64,000 bases of DNA, taken from IMG/VR virus record IMGVR_UViG_3300034198_015460, positions 1 to 64,000 of that record; one strand, given 5' to 3'. Each line of letters starts with the position of its first letter. The stretch's first letter is position 1. The notes beneath the pieces were generated by a model. It worked only from the letters and a program-made list of their open reading frames with translations. It was not told the DNA's origin and did not search any database. Source of the stretch: a virus. The position numbers and the translations under genes were made by a program. Shown one piece after another: positions 56,344-64,000 of this stretch.

Positions 56344-57324
56344 TTATACGCCTATTGCCATCCAGTATACATTTGTTGAAGTTGTATTGGAAGTTCTTAT
56401 TATTGCATGTGTAGTATTTGGAGCATATCCAGAAGCAATATATGTTCCAGTTGCATTACTTGTTGTTTGAACATTGTATACAGTGGTAAATGCAGATGTG
56501 AATTGTGCATTTCCGTCTGAACTATTAGCAGAAATCCAACCCCAATTCATTTTTATACCATTTGGAAGATATGTGTATCCATTAGCAGCTTTAGTTGATG
56601 ATCCGAGCGTGAAAGTATTAGTAGATACAGTTAAATTTGCTCCAATAGTCATATTACCAGAAATATTTGCTGTACCTGTTACTGCTAATTTTGCATCTGG
56701 AGCGGTATTTGATATCCCCACATTTCCACCAGCAACAACATAAATTGTTGTACCAATATTAGCTGTGTTGGTTGTTGTTGTTAAATTTGCAGAAGTTAAA
56801 GAACCACCGATAATAACATTACCAGAAACATTGGCTGTTCCAGATACTTGCAATTTAGCATTTGGCGCGGTATTAGATATTCCTACGTTACCCCCAGATA
56901 CGACATACAATGTTGTCCCTATGGTAGTTGTATTAGTGGTTAATGTTAAATTCGCAGATGTTAAAACTCCACCAATGACAACATTACCAGAAATATTTGC
57001 TGTACCTGTTACTGCTAATTTCGCGTTTGGTGATGTATTAGCAATACCAACGTTACCAGAAGCATCAATTATAAAAGGCGTACTATCAGGATTTGCACTG
57101 TCTTCTACAACAAAAGAATTTCCCGCTCCTGTCTGTGTTATACGAAATGCATCACTTGAAGAACTGACATTGACAATTACAGGAGCATTTATCGTATTAC
57201 CAGAAATACCAATTGCATTATTAATGGTTAAGAAATTACCATTGATCGTGGTAAATGCAGCTCTGATTGTGTCTCCTGTGCCGCTATCGGCTGAAGTCCC
57301 AATGTTTACGTTAGTAAAAGCCAT
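56344..57324 (-). CDS. gp9/gp10-like baseplate-anchored fibre protein
   Basis: N-terminal NIGT.AD.GTGD.IR.AF..IN.NF and C-terminal GYTYLPNG..MNWG. Confidence 0.75.
   Translation of the reverse strand: MAFTNVNIGTSADSGTGDTIRAAFTTINGNFLTINNAIGISGNTINAPVIVNVSSSSDAFRITQTGAGNSFVVEDSANPDSTPFIIDASGNVGIANTSPNAKLAVTGTANISGNVVIGGVLTSANLTLTTNTTTIGTTLYVVSGGNVGISNTAPNAKLQVSGTANVSGNVIIGGSLTSANLTTTTNTANIGTTIYVVAGGNVGISNTAPDAKLAVTGTANISGNMTIGANLTVSTNTFTLGSSTKAANGYTYLPNGIKMNWGWISANSSDGNAQFTSAFTTVYNVQTTSNATGTYIASGYAPNTTHAIIRTSNTTSTNVYWMAIGV
56650..57060 (-). repeat. Three tandem repeats of about 57 aa within the fibre gene
   Basis: GNVGI.NT.P.AKL.V.GTAN.SGN occurs three times, with near-identical DNA such as ccagaaatatttgctgtacctgttactgctaatt. 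Confidence 0.85.
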
Positions 57325-57335
57325 TAATATTTTCC

Positions 57336-59579
57336 TTAAAAGCTAATTGATGTTCTGTCTACTGTTATAGTTGTAACGTCTGCGGTTTTTACTGTCATAT
57401 CAGAGGTTAAATACAAATTTGCAGTAGTGTCAGCAGTAGTAGTGTTATATAATACGTCTATAGTAGAATTTCCTGCGCTAATAGAATAGAATTGACCAAA
57501 TAATTCAGTTCCCGCTGTATGAAATGTCTCGTATAAAATATCTCTATAGGTATCTAAAGCTCTAGCAACTTTTATTTCATACGAATAATCTTGATAATAA
57601 TAACTGTCTTGAATGTATTTATCAGAATTCAAGAAACTTCTTGTTGTTGACCAATAACCTCTACCTTTACCTACACCAGATTTTACAACCTTTCCAATGA
57701 TTTCTGCGGCTGTATCCAATTCTTGTATTGATGCAGAAAATACTGCTCCTGATCCAGTATTTGATTGTATTTTAATTGTAGGAACATCTAGATAACCTGA
57801 ACCTGGATTTATCAAATTAATACTCGTAACTGATCCAGAACCATTGACAGTTAAATTGGCAGTAGCGAATGTTGATGGCTCTCCACCAGATATTATAACT
57901 TTATCATTTGCAGTATAACCAGAACCTGCACTAATGATAGTTATATTATTAGAAATTGTTCCAAATAGATATGCATAAACAGTTTCGTTTTCTACATACC
58001 CTTTACCAGAATTAATTACACTTGTTGTGCTAACTACACTATTACCTACCGATGGCAATCCGTAAATAATTTCGTTATTACCAGTTCCTTGACCATCAAC
58101 TCGGTTTAATACGCCTTCATAGGTAGCAAAATTTGATTGTAAAATTATAGGTGCTGCTCTATGAACAGCAGAAGCAGTGGAATTTATAGTTGGTGGACCA
58201 TAAAGAATTATTTGTGTAGAATTAGTTACAGTTCTAATAACAGCCAATTCTTTTGTTGCTGAATTAGAAGTATTAGCTTGTAGAGCAATAACATCACCAT
58301 TTGCAAAATATGAATCGAATATAGTGGAAGTACCAGTAATCGTATTTGATGTTGTATTATAACTTATTGTTCCCGGTAAAGTATTTGATGCAACAGTTAC
58401 AGATCTTACAAATATTGTTGCTGGATTTGTATAACCGTTACCTGTTCTTATATTTGAAAGAGAACCTATAGAACCAAAAATACTATTTGTAAAAGACAAT
58501 GTTGGACTTATAGTCGATCCTAAATTGGCTGATGTATTCCCTGGAAATCCGAAAGTTGTTGAATTTAACGTTAAATTAGCGTAATCACAGATCAAATCTG
58601 TATTATAAGAAATATATTGAGAAGATAGTCCAGAAGAAACTTCGCCAGTTAAAGAACCAACAGTGAAAGATGCTCCACTTCCTGTTGTATCATTTCTGTA
58701 AATAAAAACATTAGCATTAGCTAGATAACCAAATCCACCATTAATAATATTAAAATTTAAAGAACCATAACCTCTTGAGAGAGAAGTAATTTTCAAAATA
58801 CCATCAACACCATAAGAAATAGTATTACCAGTTGTTGGACTTGTGTGAGCAACCTTTATAAGATCACCCACAGCAAAATTCTGTCCACCATTAATAATAT
58901 TCAAAGTATCCAAAGAACCAATAACTATTGGCGCTGTACTGAGAATTGTAGAATTGCTTTGATCACCATCTACGACTATTTTCTCATTTATTTCAAAATA
59001 AGAACCTTTGGGTGAAATATTTGAAATGTTTACAATATTATATTTTGAATATCCAAAAGATTGATTGATTACACTTTCAATAACAGCTTGTGTGCCAGAA
59101 ACCAAACCAATAATAGTTTTTCCAGCTTTTGATGGCAAATAATCATTTTCAGAAACTTCCAAATATGTAGGTTCTTCCCATGTACCATCAGAAACTCTCA
59201 ATACATCAACGCCAGGAAGATATACTTCTACGTCTTCATTATAGATCAATTTAAAAAGAAGTCTATAACACTGAATTGTTCCTTTAGAACGATATACATC
59301 CAAAATATGTTTTAAAAGAAATCTTTTGTTTGCAATTACATTAAAAGGTATTCCATATAGATATTTTTTCTGGAAATATTCCAAGAATGTTTCTAATGTG
59401 TTGTCAATATCTCTATAATCTAGAAGCCGTCTAGTTTCATATATAATTTGATTTTCTGTTTCCATCCATTCATAGTATGCTTTAACAAACAAAATAAAGT
59501 TTTCGCCTTCCTCAGCATAAAATCTGGGAAATTGATTTTGGATGAAATTTGATATATATTTTTCTGTTTGAAAAGCCAT
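57336..59579 (-). CDS. 7: Baseplate wedge gp7-like protein
   Basis: F..F.KAYYEW.E, YRDID.T, Y.SKGT...Y.LLF and IQDS.YYQDYSY.I; follows gene 6. Confidence 0.8.
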   Translation of the reverse strand: MAFQTEKYISNFIQNQFPRFYAEEGENFILFVKAYYEWMETENQIIYETRRLLDYRDIDNTLETFLEYFQKKYLYGIPFNVIANKRFLLKHILDVYRSKGTIQCYRLLFKLIYNEDVEVYLPGVDVLRVSDGTWEEPTYLEVSENDYLPSKAGKTIIGLVSGTQAVIESVINQSFGYSKYNIVNISNISPKGSYFEINEKIVVDGDQSNSTILSTAPIVIGSLDTLNIINGGQNFAVGDLIKVAHTSPTTGNTISYGVDGILKITSLSRGYGSLNFNIINGGFGYLANANVFIYRNDTTGSGASFTVGSLTGEVSSGLSSQYISYNTDLICDYANLTLNSTTFGFPGNTSANLGSTISPTLSFTNSIFGSIGSLSNIRTGNGYTNPATIFVRSVTVASNTLPGTISYNTTSNTITGTSTIFDSYFANGDVIALQANTSNSATKELAVIRTVTNSTQIILYGPPTINSTASAVHRAAPIILQSNFATYEGVLNRVDGQGTGNNEIIYGLPSVGNSVVSTTSVINSGKGYVENETVYAYLFGTISNNITIISAGSGYTANDKVIISGGEPSTFATANLTVNGSGSVTSINLINPGSGYLDVPTIKIQSNTGSGAVFSASIQELDTAAEIIGKVVKSGVGKGRGYWSTTRSFLNSDKYIQDSYYYQDYSYEIKVARALDTYRDILYETFHTAGTELFGQFYSISAGNSTIDVLYNTTTADTTANLYLTSDMTVKTADVTTITVDRTSISF

Positions 59580-61396
59580 TAGTTTACAGTTTCTATTAGA
59601 GAAATTGATATATCATTGGAATCAAATAATAAAATTTTGTTTTGAGAAGCTATGATGTCTTTATTCTTTGGAACCATATACAAACTAATATAAGAGCTGT
59701 ATTCAGAAACTTTTAATGAATTTATTATGACCTGTCCAGTAACATAGTCTATGCTTCCGATATTTGAATTTATCACAGTATCAATATCATTTATTGTTGT
59801 GTATACTTCAAGAACACCATCGTCGTTATCTCTTATATATGAAAGTGGATATTCTGTGGAAGAGGAGTCAACATATGTGAAACTAGAAGAAGAAATGATA
59901 GATGTTGTATCGCTTGTTTGACCAGCTACTTTATGTCTATGAGCGCCACTTTCATTGCCATAATTTATTTCATAGCTTGTTGGATAATATAATTCTGGTG
60001 TAATTCTTTTTATCATATAAACTTCTGTATCATTACTTGTGATACTTGCTTCTGTATTATCAATATGTGAAACAAATTTACTATATCTAAAATCACTACC
60101 AAACATACCTAGATGGTCATCACCAAATTGTAAAATTTGTTCTGAGAGCAAATTTTCTAACTCTGATTTACTTTTTGTTGTTAATGTCGCATCATATTGC
60201 ACAATTGTGTTAATTTTACAATAAAAGTAATCTGGATCACTTGTTATTACTCTATTTGGTAGAACAATATAATTTTGAAGATAATTTACTATATCATTTT
60301 TTAGGTTATCAGAAGCCACTGTTGAACCAGCCGGTTTTATACAAACTACAACTCTGCCATATAATTTTTCTGGCAATTGTTCACCACCGTAAATAATAAC
60401 GTCGTCAATTTCACCACCAAATTGACTTAATATTAAAGAAGAATAGTCGTCAGAAGAAACTGCTCTTTGTTGAGTGGCAAAATATCTTGGCGCTCTTGTT
60501 CTTATAGATTCGATAGATTCTTTGATTGCACCACCAGAAGAATTAGAGGATACTGTTATGATACCAATTGTTGCTGTTCCACCATTAGGCAGTCCCAAAT
60601 CATCAGAACAAACAAAACTAGAAACTCCATCAGCGTTTGGACCAGCAGCTACTCTATATTCTATTGTTATGGTTGAAAGATTTAGTGGTTTTCTGCCAAA
60701 TAAATCGTCGCCAAATATAATTTCATATTGATTGTTCTGAGAAGCTTGAAGAAAATATACTTCTGATGAAGAATTTAATCCAAAAAGAGTTTCAGCTTTG
60801 GAGAATGTAGTATTAGTTCCATTTTCGGTAACAGTGACTTTTATAGAACGATCATCCACATTATCATTAGTAATTAAAAATCTTTGTGTTTCCGCCAAAT
60901 CATAATTCATTACATATGCATCTGTAAAATATACACCTTCGTAGACATTTAAACTAGAGACATTGAATGTTGAATTTGGTGAATTATAATAATATGTTTC
61001 ACTTGTTGTGAATGTATAAGAACCGTTTGAATTAGTTCCAGAAAATTTAGTTCCCTTTGGAACAGTGAATGGTGAAGATATTCCACTGGTATCCACAGAA
61101 AAACTTATTGTTGCAATTGATGATTTATAGGATTGTGGATTATAATTCAATTCTTTTGCGTGGGACACTACAGAATCGTATTTTTGCGCCGAATCCAAAA
61201 ACATCTCAGATGCAATCATATTTAAATAAAATGCATTGAGATATGAATTATAAGACATAACGTCGAGTAGGACGTTAATGTTCGATCCATTAAAATCATA
61301 GTCTTTAAAAACAGACTGAGAAGTTAAGTAGTTTTTAAAATTTTGTTTTAGTGTATCAAAATCTAATGATGAAAGGACTAAAGAGCTATTTGCCAT
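59579..61396 (-). CDS. 6: Baseplate wedge gp6
   Basis: LDFD.LK..K.YL..Q..F.DYDF.GS, E.FLDSA, FGD...G and QQRAV...DY. Confidence 0.95.
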   Translation of the reverse strand: MANSSLVLSSLDFDTLKQNFKNYLTSQSVFKDYDFNGSNINVLLDVMSYNSYLNAFYLNMIASEMFLDSAQKYDSVVSHAKELNYNPQSYKSSIATISFSVDTSGISSPFTVPKGTKFSGTNSNGSYTFTTSETYYYNSPNSTFNVSSLNVYEGVYFTDAYVMNYDLAETQRFLITNDNVDDRSIKVTVTENGTNTTFSKAETLFGLNSSSEVYFLQASQNNQYEIIFGDDLFGRKPLNLSTITIEYRVAAGPNADGVSSFVCSDDLGLPNGGTATIGIITVSSNSSGGAIKESIESIRTRAPRYFATQQRAVSSDDYSSLILSQFGGEIDDVIIYGGEQLPEKLYGRVVVCIKPAGSTVASDNLKNDIVNYLQNYIVLPNRVITSDPDYFYCKINTIVQYDATLTTKSKSELENLLSEQILQFGDDHLGMFGSDFRYSKFVSHIDNTEASITSNDTEVYMIKRITPELYYPTSYEINYGNESGAHRHKVAGQTSDTTSIISSSSFTYVDSSSTEYPLSYIRDNDDGVLEVYTTINDIDTVINSNIGSIDYVTGQVIINSLKVSEYSSYISLYMVPKNKDIIASQNKILLFDSNDISISLIETVN

Positions 61397-61822
61397 CTAT
61401 CGAACTCTTTTTAAAATTAAATTGACAGAAATTGGAGTCGGATTATTTATTAAACTGTATATTATATTTATTTGTATTTCATTTGGGTCGTAGGTGTCGA
61501 AGACAGAAACTTCTATGACGTAAGCTCTTGGCTCATTAATTTCTAAAGTTTTTTGTATATGATAACGAATATCTTCCAAGATAGCATGATTATTATTCTC
61601 GAAAAGAAGATCGTTTACATGACAACCAATATATGGCTGGAAAGGTCTTTCACCAAAACTTGTTAATACCAAATTTTTTATAGATTGTGTTACTGCTTTT
61701 TCATTAGTAACTCTACCCAATTGATTACCAATAGGCGTTACAGCAAAACTGTCCAAAAAATCCGAAAATTCTTCTATTTTTTGTCTGTTTCCAGAAATTG
61801 CTTCTGCTCTTGTTACAGCCAT
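61397..61822 (-). CDS. 25: Baseplate wedge / sheath initiator gp25
   Basis: AV.QSIKNL.LT..GERPF.P..G, EPR and terminal L.RVR. Confidence 0.93.
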   Translation of the reverse strand: MAVTRAEAISGNRQKIEEFSDFLDSFAVTPIGNQLGRVTNEKAVTQSIKNLVLTSFGERPFQPYIGCHVNDLLFENNNHAILEDIRYHIQKTLEINEPRAYVIEVSVFDTYDPNEIQINIIYSLINNPTPISVNLILKRVR

Positions 61823-61830
61823 TTTTATTC

Positions 61831-62634
61831 CTATCTAAATGTAGTTGGAGGAGCAATACGACCACCACCTTGAATTTTTGTTGTCGTGCCTTGTGTTTTG
61901 ATATCACCATCTGCATTAAGATTTACATAACCAGTGGAATCAATTTGAACGCCATTTTGATCAATAGTTATTTTATTATTACCAACACTTAAAACTATTT
62001 TCATTGCACTTATAATTGTCAACTCATCACCAGAATATATTTTTATTTTTTGTGCAATATTATAATCAAGATTACCACCTTGAACGTGATTTCCATAATC
62101 ACCTTCAGTAATCATCATTCTATTACCAGTAACATGCATAACAGTATCACCTTCATTACTTACATGAAGACTGCCTTGATTTACTGTTACTATATCTGAT
62201 TTTGTTGAAGTATATACTTTACCATCAGTTTGATTTTGAAAACTTCCTTTTCCAGAACCTTCTATTGATTGACCAGCAACTCCTTGATATGCATTTCCCC
62301 CAGAAGAAAGACCTACGTCTTGTTTGAAAGCAGTATTTTTATTACTCTGACCATATTCGGCAGAATTTCCGTCTGTGTTTCTACTTCCACCACCAGAAAT
62401 ATATGATCTTGATGAATTTTCCAAAGTATTTGTAAGACCACCAGCCTCAACAATACTAAACGAACCATCGTGATTTACTGTCTCAACATAAGATTTATCT
62501 GGTTTTGATGGGTCTGCATATGTAATATTTCTATTACCATTTCTTCCATTACTACCAGAATACCAAGGATATTCAGGAGAAGCCCTGTTATCATCATATG
62601 GAGCTTTGGGAGAAAGTTGATTTATTTCTGTCAT
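61831..62634 (-). CDS. gp5-like hub/needle C-terminal beta-helix protein
   Basis: PEYPW, H..GS, repetitive V.G beta-helix and IVLSVG..KITI; position upstream of gene 25. Confidence 0.65.
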   Translation of the reverse strand: MTEINQLSPKAPYDDNRASPEYPWYSGSNGRNGNRNITYADPSKPDKSYVETVNHDGSFSIVEAGGLTNTLENSSRSYISGGGSRNTDGNSAEYGQSNKNTAFKQDVGLSSGGNAYQGVAGQSIEGSGKGSFQNQTDGKVYTSTKSDIVTVNQGSLHVSNEGDTVMHVTGNRMMITEGDYGNHVQGGNLDYNIAQKIKIYSGDELTIISAMKIVLSVGNNKITIDQNGVQIDSTGYVNLNADGDIKTQGTTTKIQGGGRIAPPTTFR

Positions 62635-63986
62635 TAACTAATTCCTATAATTCTTAGAGTATTATAAGAAGAAGCTATGGCAGAAGCACTGTTTAATCCA
62701 GAAGCTTGCATTATTGTTGAGACAGCAGTTGCAGTTGTCATAGTTGAAATTGATGATACCAATCCTGAAATATTTGAAAAATTTGCTATATTTCCTATGT
62801 TTACTATACTAGAAATACTCAGACCAGATATTAAATTATTTAAATTTGTTAATGATGAAGGTAAAGCAAACGCGGTATTTGTTGCTTGTTGCATTTTTTT
62901 AGCAAAGGCAATATTTTTATTAAATTTATCTAAAGTTTGTTGCACAGATGATTGTGAAAGAACAGATTGTGGTAGAAATTGATTTTTTGTCAAATTAGTT
63001 GCAACACCAACAACGCCCATGATATTATTTATCAAGGACAAATTGATTGATGCATTTTTTCCAAGAGATTTTTCCATACCTTGATTTTGTATGACTGTGT
63101 TTTGCTCTGATAAAGCATTGTTTATTATAGTCGTTGTCAATGTATTAGATATTACATATGGCTCAAATGTTCTTGCAATTGCTTGCTCTGAATTTGACAC
63201 AATTTCATCATCAGAAGTCTCAAATGGATTTTGATAACTATATCTTTTACTGTAAACAAATACAGTTGAATCATCTGGATTTTGCCACTGAATATAGCCA
63301 GGATATGGGTCTGATTCTTGGTCATAATATTGTTGTATGTACAAATCAGGAACATTTTCGTATGTATAAAGAGGAGATGGTACTATATCACCATAAGTTA
63401 TTGGAGGAATAGTTCTTGATTGTATTCCTGTATCTCCACTGATCATTGCTTCTTGAATTATAGTAGCAAGAGAATTTTTTACCATATCTTGATATTCAGA
63501 GTTTATTTGATTTATTTTTCCAAAAGCAAGACATGTTTCAAATGCTAGTATTACTACTTCAAAACCATATTTTTCACATAGAATTCTCAATGCGCCAGTC
63601 AAAGCATCGTTTGTTTTTTCGTTATGAGAAGCAGTATCATTTGAACTCATAACACCTCTTGCCATTTTCATTGCTTTGAACATTCCAGCAAGAATTTGAG
63701 ATTTTCCAAGAGGATCGGCTTTTAACACTGCTTCTGGTAATTTTAATTTTGGATCAACAGATGCAGTTGTTGGATTATCAGCATTAGGTGCTTTTATGCT
63801 TCTAATTGTTGCAAGTAGTTTTTGACCTTCATCTAAAATTGATTGAGGTTGTGTATATTTGTCATTTAATGATAGAAACGGTTTACCACTAGCCACGGCA
63901 TTAAAAGGATTTTTATCAAATCCTGGTGTATCAACACCCTCTGTTCCAGGTTTATTTCTTTGCGTGTCTGGTTTATTTTCAGGCAC
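62634..63986 (-). CDS. Hypothetical baseplate-hub region protein (GTG start)
   Basis: 450-aa ORF with GGAG RBS, coupled to the gp5-like gene. Confidence 0.6.
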   Translation of the reverse strand: MPENKPDTQRNKPGTEGVDTPGFDKNPFNAVASGKPFLSLNDKYTQPQSILDEGQKLLATIRSIKAPNADNPTTASVDPKLKLPEAVLKADPLGKSQILAGMFKAMKMARGVMSSNDTASHNEKTNDALTGALRILCEKYGFEVVILAFETCLAFGKINQINSEYQDMVKNSLATIIQEAMISGDTGIQSRTIPPITYGDIVPSPLYTYENVPDLYIQQYYDQESDPYPGYIQWQNPDDSTVFVYSKRYSYQNPFETSDDEIVSNSEQAIARTFEPYVISNTLTTTIINNALSEQNTVIQNQGMEKSLGKNASINLSLINNIMGVVGVATNLTKNQFLPQSVLSQSSVQQTLDKFNKNIAFAKKMQQATNTAFALPSSLTNLNNLISGLSISSIVNIGNIANFSNISGLVSSISTMTTATAVSTIMQASGLNSASAIASSYNTLRIIGIS

Positions 63987-64000
63987 TTGGTAATGCTCCT

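Noticed and set aside
56650-57060. CRISPR-like or mobile repeat array
   Set aside because: The repeats are in-frame coding repeats of a fibre protein without unique spacers, and no cas genes are present.
2773-63412. Plus-strand and nested ORFs in the track (for example 22133-22528, 45661-46197, 56765-57346)
   Set aside because: They are antisense or alternate-frame shadows of well-supported minus-strand genes, driven by codon bias and low complexity, with no recognisable motifs.

Overview
This window is a 64-kb segment of an AT-rich T4-like (Tevenvirinae-related) myophage genome, and essentially every gene is on the minus strand. From low to high coordinates it contains: (1) a tRNA/ncRNA cluster with several aberrant tRNAs; (2) regA and the clamp/clamp-loader genes (62, 44, 45); (3) a promoter-driven DNA-hypermodification operon (TET/JBP-like dioxygenase, class II glutamine amidotransferase, amidoligase, GNAT, amino acid:DNA transferase-like protein, P-loop kinase, glycosyltransferase); (4) MazG-like, DenV-like and peptide deformylase genes; (5) genes 46, 47, 55, uvsW and uvsY; (6) the head, tail and neck module (3, 23, 22, 21, 20, 19, 18, 17, 16, 15, 14, 13) with GIY-YIG endonuclease insertions; (7) a holin/GH19 lysis cassette; (8) a large block of fibre and Gly-rich adhesin-like genes; (9) baseplate genes (VrlC-like, 8, 9-like, 7, 6, 25, 5-like). 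The most notable observations are the hypermodification operon, a terminase gene fractured by an atypically split intein plus endonuclease, two conserved genes that can only start at AUU or AUC right after inserted cassettes, CAU and GAU tRNAs with unpaired acceptor stems, a tRNA-like RNA with an 8-nt anticodon loop, and a probable -1 frameshift in a prohead core gene. All family assignments come from motif recognition by eye; no database search was run.
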